NCBI GenBank assembly: GCA_030167865.1
Contig: JALAGF010000143.1
Location: 1-64,000 of the forward strand
Direction: 5' to 3'
DNA length: 64,000 nt
Source: Craspedostauros australis
Lineage: Eukaryota
Part shown: one piece after another, positions 20,733 through 34,200 of the stretch
Numbering within the stretch: the stretch's first letter is position 1
Layout of the letters: every line of letters begins with the position of its first letter
Translations under genes and position numbers: made by a program
The notes under the pieces: model-generated
Databases searched by the model: none
Told to the model about the DNA's origin: nothing
The model's input: the letters and a program-made list of their open reading frames with translations, nothing else

Positions 20733-21473
20733 ATGACAGCGAACGAGAACATCAAGGTGACGAGGATAGGCGTGGACCCGACACCAGGAACGGCGTGGAT
20801 TATCGATCAATCTCTTCCAACCTCCATCTTGGAAGCCATCGATGCATTCCGCCTCAACTTGCCTCTGGACAGCAAGCGTCCCACGGTCGACCGGCGATTC
20901 TTTGCAGACGGCCTCACGGATGACGATCCGTCACGATGGGATGCCTGCACATGGGCGTGTCAAAACGAAAGTGCACGCGAACGTGAATGTGAGAGCAACG
21001 ATGATGATGGCTGCGGCACAACTCCGCTCGATATCCAGCGCGATCGACCGATTGCTTCAGTATTGGAACAGGCGCTGCATCATTCGCTGGCGCAAACCAA
21101 TTCGCAGGACTCAATCGACATGAATGGCGACTCCGTCGCATTGCACGTGCTGCGCTACATGCGGTTCCTGGAGTACACCAAACCCGAATCGAAGCTCGAT
21201 CCGCACACTGACGGTACCAAGCGATGCGACGATACTGGACACACATCGACGCACACCATGCTGCTGTACCTGACGGATTGCGAGGAAGGTGGGCAGACCG
21301 TGCTGCTGCGCCAGTGCAATGCGTCCACGACGAGCGACAACATCATCCACGCGACGGTACCGCGACGTGGCCGAATACTCCTGTTCCCGCATCGGACTCC
21401 TCATGAGGGTGCGACGGTCGTCGATGTGCCGAAGATATGCTTGAGGGCGGAAGTGTACGTGGGGATGGAATGA
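20733..21473 (+). CDS. 2-oxoglutarate/Fe(II)-dependent oxygenase (prolyl-4-hydroxylase-like)
   Basis: RFLEY...LDPHTDG (HxD), TMLLYLTDCEEGGQT, PRRGRILLFPH..PHEG (distal His), KICLR. The 5' end is uncertain and may include an upstream exon. Confidence 0.82.
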   Translation: MTANENIKVTRIGVDPTPGTAWIIDQSLPTSILEAIDAFRLNLPLDSKRPTVDRRFFADGLTDDDPSRWDACTWACQNESARERECESNDDDGCGTTPLDIQRDRPIASVLEQALHHSLAQTNSQDSIDMNGDSVALHVLRYMRFLEYTKPESKLDPHTDGTKRCDDTGHTSTHTMLLYLTDCEEGGQTVLLRQCNASTTSDNIIHATVPRRGRILLFPHRTPHEGATVVDVPKICLRAEVYVGME

Positions 21474-21779
21474 GATGGTTATGGATGCGGAGCTGTTGCA
21501 AATGAGAGGAAGATGGAGAGCAAGGAAGGGTGCTAGTGAAGGTGGAGACGATACAGGGTGAGAAGCAAACTCATAGCGAAACAGCGACAGCGCGCAACAG
21601 TAGGTCTAGAGTGCTCTACTCAACGCTACTCAACGCTACTAATATTGTATTTACTTCTCTGCTGGCAACCGACAATATCGCATCGCGTCTTGCGCAGCCT
21701 CTTTGCATCCCATAGAAGCGTACGGGCTCGCCACAGCAGTCACGCTGCGTGCGCAACGCACAAAGCACAGCGCTCTACT

Positions 21780-22457
21780 TCACTTGCTGTCGGCATAGAA
21801 CTCTTTCACCGCATCAAGATCCTTCATTTTGGCCACGAACTTGCGGCACGCTGGATACTGCTCCAAGCTGGCGAGATGCGGCGCGAAGTCCTTGGCTACC
21901 AATGGGAGATAGCTCCCCAACCGATAGAACCACGCGAAGTCTGCGATGGAAGGCTCCGCCGTATTTGCGAGGTACCCCGTCTGGCTGGACTCCAGCAGCC
22001 GCTCGATGTAGGACAGATGACGTGGCGTCACCTCGTCCGTGATCATGCTGTACGCCTTCTTCTTGGTGTCCTCATCCAGGGGGATGCCAAAGCGCGTCGT
22101 GTAGGTGGCCACAGTATTGGCGATGAAGGCGTCCACCTCCTGCTCCAAGACGGCGTCGACCTTTGCGGCGATCAGCGGATCTGTGGGGTAGAGACCGGCG
22201 ATGCGGGAGAGGTAGCGCAGGATGGCGCTGCTCTGCACGAGCTTGTGCTTGCCGCCGTCGACCTCCAGCAGAGGCACCTGTCCGAAGGGCAGCGTCCCAT
22301 CTTCCTTGAGCTTTTGGAACTCGGCACGGTCGGCGAAGCGGTAGTCTTCGAACTCGAGCCCAGCGTACTTGCAATACAGGCGGATGGGTTCGCCTTTGCC
22401 TGCGATGTTGAAGTAGCACAACTTGAGCTTTGGTTGTGGTGGCTTTTGTTCTGCCAT
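21780..22457 (-). CDS. Glutathione S-transferase (sigma-like class)
   Basis: KLKLCYFNIAGKGEPIRL, FEDYRF, LPFGQVPLLEVDG, LVQSSAILRYL, PSIADF. Start at ATG 22457. Confidence 0.93.
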   Translation of the reverse strand: MAEQKPPQPKLKLCYFNIAGKGEPIRLYCKYAGLEFEDYRFADRAEFQKLKEDGTLPFGQVPLLEVDGGKHKLVQSSAILRYLSRIAGLYPTDPLIAAKVDAVLEQEVDAFIANTVATYTTRFGIPLDEDTKKKAYSMITDEVTPRHLSYIERLLESSQTGYLANTAEPSIADFAWFYRLGSYLPLVAKDFAPHLASLEQYPACRKFVAKMKDLDAVKEFYADSK

Positions 22458-22490
22458 CTTGCTGATGCCGTTACAGTTACAGTTACTGCT

Positions 22491-22529
22491 GTTGCTGACG
22501 ATGGTTGCTGACGATGGTTGCTGACGATG
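22491..22529. repeat. 13-bp tandem repeat (GTTGCTGACGATG x3) in the GST 5' leader
   Basis: Three perfect copies seen at 22491, 22504 and 22517. Confidence 0.9.
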
Positions 22530-24163
22530 TTGGCGTTTTGTGGTTGATAAGAGCACAATGGCATCGGCATGCAGATCAGCAGCAACGTGTGGCATTGGCG
22601 CATGTTTGGGAATCGGAGATCTTTTGTTTGTGTTTGGGCTGATGGGAGTCGCGGTATGGATATCTATCACACTATTTTGGGAGTCGAATGGGTCGAAAGA
22701 GCAACATCGAAACATGAAGATCAATTGACTCATGAGCAACACGATTGGACATGATATCGGACGATGGAAAGACTGACATGATGACACATAAAGAATATCG
22801 GCCAAACAGGAACCACCACCAACGTGGAACAAGACGCGACAAGAAGATCAACATCAACATTGTGAAAGATGAGGTTTACTGTGGCATTCTGCTGTTGCCC
22901 ACAGTCCAACAAATCTTGTCGGTCTCGGGCTGTGTCATCGAAACGAAGTGGTCCAAGCCCTGCCATTCGTCGACAACACGAAACCGAACCGTGTCAGATC
23001 ATTGACAGACTTGATTGGAGCGAAAGAACGCAACGCACAGGAACCTCCATCAGGTTTCCATTCCTCACCGCGATACCAACAGAATCAACCACCCAGCACA
23101 AAAGTTTATAAACAATGCGCCACCACCACTCATCAAACCTTTGATCCATGGGGTTGCGATGGAAGCAAGTGAAGTTCCGTCCCAAGATTGGTTCGCAATC
23201 ACAGGTTTGGATGTGTATTCATACCAACTGCTGACGCCAGTATTTGTACAACCTGTGAATGGCATGATACTCCCACCAACCGAATTCTTCGACGATCTGG
23301 TCCAAGTACGTAGTATACTATGCACGAGTTTGGATTATGTTTGGTCGTGGCTCCTGCAAGGCCCACAGCAGAGGAAGGCACAAACACTGACGACACTTGT
23401 TCACGATAGCGTTACAATTATGCGCTAACGCATGATCTATACTTGCCCCAAGGACCTTGTTCATATATGTGTTGCTTGTGTCCTTCCTGCTCATTGTGAC
23501 CACGAAAACCGAGAGGCGCATATCTGTGACAAACAGCACGCATGTTTTAATCTCACAACTTTCATCACAGCGTTGGGCGTGAAAACGTCAGGAAGATCAC
23601 GAACAATTGAGGCTGGCAACGTCACGCACGCACGTGAGGAGAACGTTGTGCACAGCGTCTTTGGCATTCTACGAACAGTGTGTGTGCACGTCCACAACCG
23701 ACACTTTTTGCATTCTTCTCCCTCCAACCAAGTGTCGTCGGAGGTCTCTATGGTACGCAGTACGTGGCCGAAACAGTGAAGGCGCCACACAGACGCTCTC
23801 CACATGCTGAGTTCGTGGATGTGCCAATGCAAGAATGCCCCTTGGGATGGGAGAAGATGACGCCACCCCTCTCCTCCTTGTCGATACGCAAGAGCTATGG
23901 CACTCATCGCTGCGACGCAACAAGTTCATTACATTGTGTGCACAATCCAGAAATTGCTACAGAATCTCAAACACAACAACGAAACAACACAACCTCATTG
24001 TTCACAACTATTCTACGATCGACAACATTGCGATCAAGTGGAGCGGTACCAATCAGGCGTCGAGAACAGGCCACGAGGTTGTCCAACGCGGGATAGAGTT
24101 GATAGACCGTGCACCAACACCTTTGTTGAGATTGCAGCTAGCACGGTATCGAAGCAGTCAAGG

Positions 24164-27100
24164 ATGAAGGCGGCATATTCAATCGCTGTCGGACCAGACA
24201 ACCACAGTCCAGGTCAACCCAATGATGATCCAGATTCAACGCCACCACTTCCAGTGGAGGAACCGATTGAGGCTGGCCCATCTTTGGAAGCGTCACATTC
24301 ACTACAAGTGCCACAGTTGCTGCAGGTCCCACAAACGGGAGGAGTGCCTGGTGAAACTGGAACCTCAACGTCAGAAGTACTCGCACAATCACCAACACAA
24401 CAAGTACGCGAAGGGATGGAACAGGAACATCATCACGTACAACAGGAACAAGCTGACTTCGCCGACGTCGCATCTCACTCATCCCTCCACCAGACAGACG
24501 ACTATCTATTCGTGAACCCACCACTCTCATCTGCCGCTGACGACATGTACACAGCAACTCTCGCGGGCAGCACCCACTCCAGCTCTTCTGAGATGCAAAG
24601 CCAAAGTGGCCACAGCATCGACGTCCACAGTCACAATCAACCAGGACCGATGTCGACCTATAACAGCAGCCTCGGCGACAGCTTGGACGACCTCACGCTC
24701 AACAGCTTCGCCTGCGCACCTCACGAAGACAGCAACAGCGGCCGCCGCGAGTTTGACACCATGAACAAGGATCTGCAGGCAAGAGAGAAGACGCCGTCGG
24801 AGGATACTTCCAACACGGCACCGAATACAGATCACGAGAGCACGTTCCGTCCGACCACTGCGAACGACCAGCATCCAGAAATGCTGGCGGACGACATTGC
24901 CAGCGTCGACTCCTTCGCCAACGACGATCCAAGCCGTCACGAGGAAGACGACGGCAAACCAATCGGACGCAGCAAGGGACACGGCTCCACCTCCGACTAC
25001 GACGCAACCGAGGGCAGCACACGAGAGCGACGCAACGACTCCGCGTTGAACCGGGAGACCAAGCGCCTGCGATGTTCCAAGGGATTGGTCGTCATTGTTC
25101 TCGTGCTGGCCGCATGCAGCAGCGCCTACGCGGTGTACTACATCGGCGCGCAAGATGAACAGCGCACGTACGAGACGAGAGTAAGTGGTCTGTGTTTGTT
25201 TGCTTCCCTCTGCGGCTTGTGCGTTGCATCATATTACATGTTGTGTGCTGCATATATCGCTCTTCCTCTCGGCATACGCACTTGTGCTTGTGCGTACCAA
25301 CATCCACCACCACCCCTTACATTTGCATTTACATCTGCGCTATGCCACTGTGCAATTCCTCCATTCTTACTCTACTCTATTTCGCACAGTTCCGAGACAT
25401 CGTGACCACCATCGTGGCTGTGTCCCATCTCAATGCCAAAGTAGTCTTCGACACGTATGACACCGTGAGCCATCAAATCACAACCTACACGAGCAGCTCA
25501 ATGTACAAGTCCACACACGGCGAAGAGAAGTGGCCCTACGTCAAGATACCCGGATTCGAGGAACAGGCCGATCAGATTCGAAATGCCACCGGAACCAACA
25601 TCGTGGGCCTGTCCTCAGTCGTCAGACCCGACCAGCTCAACGACTACAACCAATGGTTGCAGGTCAACAATGCTGAATGGATGCAGGAGAGCTTGGAACA
25701 CATTGGGCAGCCGAATCTGTTCATCCCCACGGTGCCGTTCGTGTTTGTCCAGGATGTGGGAAGTGAAGTGCCCATCAAGCCGTGGATTCCGGCTCCTGGA
25801 TCGGACGAGATCGCCATCGTCGTGTCTCAGATTGCGCCCATCGCAGAGGCTGGGGCCTTCGTCAACTACAACAGCTTGGATGAAGGCTTCGCCAGAAAGA
25901 CCATAGAGCTCATCCTCCAAGAAAAGACGATGCTGCTTGCCGAAATCCGACATGACGCGACCACGCTCACGGGGGATACGCCAGAGAGCTATCTGGCTGC
26001 TCCCATCTTTGACAGCCACGCCAAGGAAACCCCCGAGGTGGTGGGCATCCTCAGCGGGAACATCTTATGGGAGAAATTCTTCGTGGATCTCGTCCCAGAA
26101 GGCATCGATCCAATCTACCTGGTCGTCAAGAACGTCTGCACGCTGGATTACACGTTCCTCATCGACGGGCCACGTGTCGAGTTCGTGGGTCGAGGCGATC
26201 TGCATGACACCGATATCGGAAGCACCACAGAGTCGAGCGAGTTCACGCCCGTCCCTACATTCATCGGCTGCTCCTACACTCTCCACCTGTACCCCACGCA
26301 GGACTTCTACGACACGTACCACACCCGCAAGCCTCTGGTCAACACGCTCACGGTGGTCGTTACCTTCCTCGCCACTGCCATCGTGTTCGTGATGTACGAC
26401 GTGCTGGTGGAACGGCGGCAGAACAATGTCATGAGGACCGCCGATCGGTCGAACGCCATTCTACGCTCCTTGTTCCCAGACAACGTCAGAGACCGTTTGC
26501 TGGATATGGGCGATGATCATGACCATGCCAGTCGTCTCCAGAACGTCACCGATGACGCCCCACTGAATGATCAGGATCCTGTAAAGACCGATGCGCTCGA
26601 TGAGAAGGAGCAGCGGGGGCGCTACATGGAGATGAACAGACAGCCCAGCGTGATCGGCAAGTTCATGCAGATGAGCAAGTACAGCAGGAAGGGGAAGAGC
26701 AGCCATAACAGGAGCCTGCGCCAGAACAGCATTGACCGCGCGAATTCGATGGATCCAAGCGGTCGCCTCTCGCGTGGCTCTACGCATGGCTCCAAGCATT
26801 CCAACAGCGTCGTTTACGGCGGCCCCTCAAGCAGCAGCGGCAGCATCATCCGCCTCAAGACGAAGCCCATCGCCGATCTCTTCCCACGAGCCACGGTTCT
26901 GTTCGCTGACATCGTCGGCTTCACGGCATGGTCCAGCACGAGAGAACCAACGCAGGTGTTCGAGCTGCTCGAGACGCTGTACAACTCCTTTGATGCTATC
27001 GCACGTCGTCTCGGTGTGTTCAAGGTGGAAACCATCGGAGACTGCTACGTAGCCGCAACGGGTCTGCCGGAGCCCAATGCAAACCACGCCACCGTGATGA

Positions 27101-29289
27101 TCCGTTTCGCAAGAGCATGTCTGTCAAAGATGAAGCAAGTCATGATCTCGTTGGCTGTGTCGCTTGGTCCCACCACCCGCAAGCTCGCCATGAGAATCGG
27201 TGCTCACTCTGGACCGGTAACTGCGGGTGTGCTACGCGGAGAGAAATCGAGATTTCAATTGTTCGGCGACACCGTCAACACGGCCTCGCGCATGGAATCC
27301 TGCGGAGCGTCCAACCGCATCCACATCTCCCAGGAGACCGCCGACGAGCTGGTCAGCTCAGGCAGGTCGTCGTGGTTGGTGGCCCGGTCCGACAAGGTGG
27401 TGGCCAAGGGGAAGGGAGAGCTGCAAACCTATTGGATAAAGACATCGTCATCACCATCGCAGTCGCAGTCGCAATCATCACCCGACCCATCTGCAGCAGC
27501 GGCAGCAGCAGGGACGGGAGAAGAAGGAGTGACACCATCAGGGGACAGGCCCGAGTTGGGTAGCGTTCACAGCCAGTACAGCATTGCAACAGCGCATAAT
27601 GCGAGCATCCAGGATGTGACATGGAATGATGGCGAGAGCGAAGAACAGCAATACGAAAGCGAAGGCATTGCGAGCGATCAACTAGAGGCCGACTGTGAAG
27701 TTCAGACAAGCACAAGCTCGTCCTTCGGCGCTGAGATGGAGGGTGAATCAGAGAGCGATTCAGAGTCGCCTCAGGTCATGCCCTTGCCGTCGGGAACTTC
27801 CGGAGCGCAAGGCAAGAGAGGAACACGCACGACGATTGCAAATGGCCATGTTGTCAATGGCGTCGACCGTCCAGACGGTTCCAATGGCAACAGGTTTTCG
27901 TTCGAGCACACCAAATCCGAGCGCGGTGGACCTGCGACTGGCAGGAGGCCAAGCTACCGACGAATACAGTCGATTTCCTCGCTGGGCCACGCTGCCAAGT
28001 TAGCGAACCTTCGACCCTCCGTGCGCATCGACACAGACACGGAATTTGAGATTCAATGGAACGTGGACGTTATTCAGAACATGCTCAAGAGCATCCTCGC
28101 TGTCCGTGACCCGAAGCTGTACCGTGCCAAGCGCAAGAGCATGGATCATCACAGCAGCGACAGCTGGGCCAGCCCTGGTCGGCCCAAGGACCTTCAGAAG
28201 GAATACAGCAAGATCGTCCTGGAAGAGGTCAAAGAAGTCATCCGGCTCCCCAACAAGGTGCCGCACACATTCCAAGACCCCAGCTCGATCGAGATTCCCA
28301 CGGTTGCCAAGCAAGAAATCCGCGACTACGTGGAGACGATCGCCGGCTGGTACAGGAAGAATCCATTCCATTCCTTCTCCCACGCAACCCACGTGGTCCA
28401 ATCGACCGTCAAGCTCATGTCCCGAATCATCGGTTCGGAGGCCATCGACTACAACAACATGACGTACAAGAAGAAGAGCGGCAAGGCCCTGCACCAAAAC
28501 ACTTACGGGATCACATCGGATCCGCTGACTCAGTTTGCTTGCATCGTAGCAGCGCTGGTCCACGACGTTGACCACACCGGTCTCCCCAACTCGCAGCTCG
28601 TGAAGGAAGGCGCGGATATTGCGCAGCAGTACAAGAATAAGAGCGTGGCGGAGCAGAATTCGCTCAACCTTGCCTGGGATCTGCTGATGGAGCCGCGGTT
28701 CGAGAACTTCCGTGCGTGCATCTATTGCACTCAAGCCGAGCTGGACCGCTTCCGGCAGCTGCTTGTAAACGCGGTCATGGCCACCGATATCATGGACAAG
28801 GAGCTGGGTACCCTGCGAAGGGCGCGATGGGAGAAGGCCTTCAGCCATCGGCTTGAGCAGGTGGGAGGGTCGCCGAACAAGATGAACGACAGCAATGGTG
28901 CCAGCGGTGACATGGTGTCTGGCAGGAATAACGCAGAGAGCGTGAATCGCATGGCCACCATCGTCATCGAGCACTTGATCCAGGCTTCCGACGTGTCGCA
29001 CACCATGCAGCACTGGCACATCTACACCAAATGGAACGAGCTGCTGTTCGACGAGATGTACAAAGCCTACCTGGCCGGCAGAGCCACGGAGGACCCGACC
29101 ATGAGCTGGTACCAAGGGGAGATCGGCTTCTTTGACTACTACATCATCCCGCTGGCCAAGAAGCTGAAGGATTGCGGAGTGTTCGGTGTATCATCAGACG
29201 AGTACCTGAACTACGCCCAGGCCAATCGCAAGGAATGGGAGACTCGCGGTGAGGAGTTGGTCAAGAAGTACCGATCGAAGTTTCCGTAG
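24164..29289 (+). CDS. Receptor-type class III nucleotidyl (guanylate/adenylate) cyclase - cyclic nucleotide phosphodiesterase fusion, copy 1 (2 exons, about 1638 aa)
   Basis: Exon 1 24164-25180; intron 25181-25389 (GTAAGT...CAG); exon 2 25390-29289. Architecture: TM1, about 300-aa extracellular sensor, TM2, signalling helix, cyclase (FADIVGFT, KVETIGDCY, LFGDTVNTASRME), PDE (PFHSFSHA, HDVDH, ATD, ASDVSH). Confidence 0.92.
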
Positions 29290-31277
29290 GTTGGCTGTGT
29301 GAGTGTTCGTGTTGGTGGATGTGATTGCACAGAACACAATTGGATTAGCACTCGTCGTTGGCCAACGGAATGGAGTGGGGGTGAGGAGTAAAAACGAACG
29401 GGTAGATGCAAGTCGAGTTAATTGGGTTGTTGCGAGTACGCGTCGTATTCATAGCGCATCTCCAGAATGCAACACACGTGTGTCAGTACTATTGTATTAT
29501 TATTTATTATTGTTCTTTTGTATTGTATTCTATGACGAATGGGGATGGATCGTACCAGCACATGATGCAGAACAAGAGCATGTATGGCACGAGGATTGCG
29601 TGGCGCCGCCTATTTGTGCCGTTTGTGAGGAAAGCAAAGAAGAAATACAAACACGCAGATTGTGACACCAGTTAACGTCAAACACCTATAATATAACGTT
29701 AATGTTATACTGGTCTTCAGAACAAACTATCCCGCCAGAACCGCGAATGATTGAGCGAATGGGATTATCAGAATACGCCCAGAGAGTCTTGTGATAAAAG
29801 GGTCTTGTGGATGGGGACAGGCAAGTGGGCCTTGTGACCGATTCATGGTTTCTGTGCAGCTTTTGTGTGCTGTTCGTCATCGCCAAACCAATCCAATCGA
29901 AAGCAATCGAAAGCAAACAAAGGAAGCCAACGGGCGGTTGTGCGAGAATAACGGCGGCTATACAGGTTCTAAACGTTAGAGTAGATTGATCTAGGCCACT
30001 CTACTCTAGTTTGTCTTCGTTTCGTTTGGAAGGAAACTTGTTGGCAAGCAAACAAGTGGAAAGGTAGGTAACCAGGATCAGAGGGAATGTCACGACTCGT
30101 CGTACTCGTCCTCACATTCGCACTCGTGCTCGCATTTGTTTGTCGTCGATGTGATTCTACCTGTTGGCGACATGGCGGTACCGGGAATGAGTGTGGAACA
30201 GAGTTCTTTGAACACCCAAGGCTGGCACCTTGTTGGTTCCAGCGAGATTTGTTTTGGGTGAAGTGACGCGTGACGACAACCATAATAGCGAAGTGCGATG
30301 CAGTCATCTTCCGTCGTGCTCGTTGTGTGTTTGATGGCGTTGTCCTACGCGTCCATGGTAGATGGAAAGATACAGTTCTCGTGTTCCTTGTGTCTTCGTG
30401 ACACGCGAGGGAATGTTGCATCCGACCCAAACAACTTGAAGAAGCATGACACGATCCAACATTTAGGCGAAACCAACCGGTCACGAGCGTTTGTGCGCAT
30501 GGATTTGCGTGTTGATACTCATTTGAACCGTCTGATGGCATTCTGTTTCTTTGCTCACAGGACAGAAAGTGTCAGGCATAGTCCAAGCGAGGTCTTCAAC
30601 ATGAGGGCTATGCGATCTTGTGTCCCCATGCTGTTCCGCAATGTCACGATGACAAGCGTTTTAAGCCCAGTGATACGTACCATGGTCGTGTGTTTGGACG
30701 GAAATGAGCACGTCACAAAACGACGGAGTGTCGAGAAGCACGCCCAAGACCGAATCCTGTTACGGCTTTGGCACTCGTTGCTTCTCACTTTGGTTTTGCG
30801 GAATTGTGCACAAAAACAACTCTGTGTTGTGTCACCGAACAGAGAAAGGAGAGAAAGGAGAGTGTTCATCGTGCTTCTGTGCCTGTGCAAACCAACCCAT
30901 CAACGACACCTCACGGTCCCGTCCAGGCCGTTCCATCTCTCGATCAGCACAAACACTTCTGTGCGCGTCCATACCACGCTGTTCGCACAACCAATGAGAG
31001 AAAGATTGGGACGAACCGCATCGCAACCAATCTGCGCAGGCAGCTCATTCTTGGCCCTCTGCTCACATGCTCACACCTGCCACATCAACCAACACCCAGG
31101 CATCATTATACCATTGCATTCTGCACATTTCGTCTATACCACACTCATACTCAGACTCATACTCAGACGCAGACTCAGAGAGTCCATCTGTCCACTCACC
31201 TCAAGAGAGAGCCACCGTGAAACGCTTTGCCACGATCGGGATTGGTCTCGCAACAACAGACAACACCACCAGCCAGC

Positions 31278-34200
31278 ATGGGAGATGGATACGGAAACAA
31301 CGACTATGACGATGTCATCCGCGGCAACAGCAACACCAGCAACGAGAGCAGCGACATCGTCTACGAGAGCGATGCATCATCAAGCGCGCTGGACCATGGC
31401 GACTCCGCCAACATCGAGAGCTTCAGCGCAGAGGACGTCCACAATCACAACGAAAGCCAGGATTCGTTGACCGTCGGGATGCTGCTGATGGAGGCTGCCA
31501 GCAAAGCCGGTTCGATCGGCGCCGAACACCACGATGAGCACAGCAGCAACGATGAGGCGATACCAGGCTCATCATCCCAACTTCGAGCCTTGGACAATCA
31601 CTCCATCTCGTCCGACACGGAAGAGACGAAGCAAGACAGGAAGAAGCGCAAGTCGAAGACCGCGAGTGCCCTCGTTGCCAGAGAAACCAAGTGGCTGCTG
31701 TGTTCCAAGCTGCTCTTCTTCCTCGTCGTGCTGATCGCGGCCGCGTCCAGCGCCTTCGCTGTTTGGAAGATCTCTGCGGACGCCGAGCATGATTCGTACG
31801 AACGGAGGGTGAGTTGGTGGGATTATACCGCGCACGTCTCCGGAGAGTATGCGCTGGTGTGAACTTGTGGGGATTCTGTGGAGCGTGCCGGTTTCTTTTG
31901 CGTCTCCTTGTTGACATTCGCACATCTTGCATTCACACATTCACTCACTGAGCAACAATAACCAAACCCATGCTGCGATCAACGCTCCAATCCATGACAG
32001 TTCACCGACGTCGCCAACGCGGCCATCGCGGTCGCCCAGCTCAACGCGGTTTCGATCGCCAACATCTTCGAGACGGTCAGCTTGCAAATCACGGCCGAGG
32101 AGCTGGCCTTGCGAGAGGACAAGGATGAAGACGCTCCCACGTGGCCCACCGTGCACATCCACGCCTTCGAGGCCCGCTCGGAGCAGATCGTCAACTTCAC
32201 GCAGACCTCCTACGTGGGTATCACGCCGATAGTCACGGTGGCAGGCTTGCCAGAGTATCAGAACTTCGTCAACCAGCACAGCCCCAGGTGGATCAAGGAG
32301 GGTCTGGCGTACAGCGGCATGCCGAATGCCACCATCCAGACGGCGCCCTTCGTGTTCGACCTGACCCCACAGGTCCTTCCCACGCCAGCAAGGCCCAACG
32401 AGAATGGCATCTTTGCTCCTCTCATGCACGTTGCCCCGGTGGCACGAGCTGGTAACATGACCAATTTCAACGCGATTTCCACTCCAGAAATCGGTGAGTT
32501 GTACCAACGCACGCTGGAATTGAAGACGACCGTCCTGACTCCGATGGAGAACATCACAGCCGTGTTCTTCGGCACCAACGCCCCCACCAGCATCTTCGCA
32601 ACCCCGATCTACCGATTCCTCGACCGCGGCAACAAGGGTGACGTGGTCGCCTTCTTGTCCGGTGGTGTGCGATGGATCGGATACCTCGAGAACCTGTTGC
32701 CACAAGGCGCGAATCCCGTTCACATCGTCATGCGCGATGGCTGCGGTCCGGATCAAACGTACTACGTCGAAGGTGCGAAGGTGGAGCACCGTGGCAGCGG
32801 CACGCAGGTGCCCTCCATCGAGGGACGCCCATGGGCGCGATGGAACCTAGAAGTCAGCGAGCCGTTCGACGTCCTGCCCACCTTCAAGGAGTGCGGCTTC
32901 TCCCTCCACGTCTTCCCCACGCAAGACTTTTACGACACGATCGTCACCGATCAGCCGTTCATCAACGCCGTCACGGTCGTCATCACGTTCTTCTTCACGG
33001 CCATCGTCTTCATCCTCTACGACATCCTCGTGGAACGCCGTCAGAAGGAGGTCATCAAGTCCGCGGATCGATCCAACGCCATCGTCACGTCGCTGTTCCC
33101 CGCCAACGTCCGCGACCGGCTCATGAATGATGCCGTGCTGGGTCGATCGTCGCATCATCTGCGCGTCAAGAACGATGACGGCATGCCGCACCGCAGCCGC
33201 CACAGGAATAGTCAGAAGGGAGGCAGCGGCATCAGCGGCGTCTTTGCGGACAAATCCATGGGCAGCATGATGATCCGCAGCATGATGAACTCGACAGCAG
33301 AACAGCCCACGGAGGCAGCGCCCAGAACGGCCGGCGGCAAACCAATCGCCGATCTCTTTCCATCGGCGACGGTGCTATTTGCGGATATTGTCGGTTTCAC
33401 AGGTGAGTTCATGGTAGATTTTGCATGCGCGTGTATGTGCGAGAGCGTGTGTGCGTATGTGTGTTTATGAGGGATGCCTTTTGGTGTGTAATGTAAACCT
33501 TGGGCATCTACATTGCGCCTATTCTTCATGTTGTACATTTACGGTCGGACTCACAAACGTAAACACACCCACTCCTGCCCCTGCCCGCACTTGTCTCCAC
33601 ATTCCAACGCTTGCGTACACAGCATGGTCGAGCATGAGAGAACCGACACAGGTCTTCGAACTCCTCGAGACCCTCTACAACACATTCGACCGCGTCGCAC
33701 GACGCCTCAATGTCTTCAAGGTAGAAACCATCGGCGATTGCTACGTTGCGGCCACGGGTCTTCCAGAACCCAACCCGGAACACGCCGTCGTGATGGCAAG
33801 GTTCAGCAAGCACTGCATGGCCAAGATGAGACACGTCGTCAACAAGCTGGCCGTGACGCTCGGTCCAGACACCGGCACATTGGCAATGAGATGCGGCATA
33901 CATTCGGGTCCAGTCACTGCGGGAGTGCTGCGTGGAGACAAATCTCGTTTCCAACTGTTCGGTGACACTGTCAACACGGCCGCTCGACTTGAGCAAGCGT
34001 CCGTGCCCAACAAGATCCAGCTGTCGCAGTCGACCGCTGACGAGTTGATCGCGGCGAATCGATCGTCATGGATGGTTGCACGTGAAGACAAGATCGTCGC
34101 GAAGGGCAAGGGCGAGATGCAGACCTACTGGCTGCTGTTCGAAGGCTTGTCAAGCAGCGACGGTTCCGTCGTGTCCAAAGAACGCAGCTTGGCGGCAAGC

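Noticed and set aside
30298-31226. 390-aa plus-strand ORF (30298..31470) upstream of cyclase-PDE copy 2
   Set aside because: Cys/Arg/Ser-rich composition without codon bias or motifs; it crosses promoter-like repeats and overlaps the real exon 1 out of frame.
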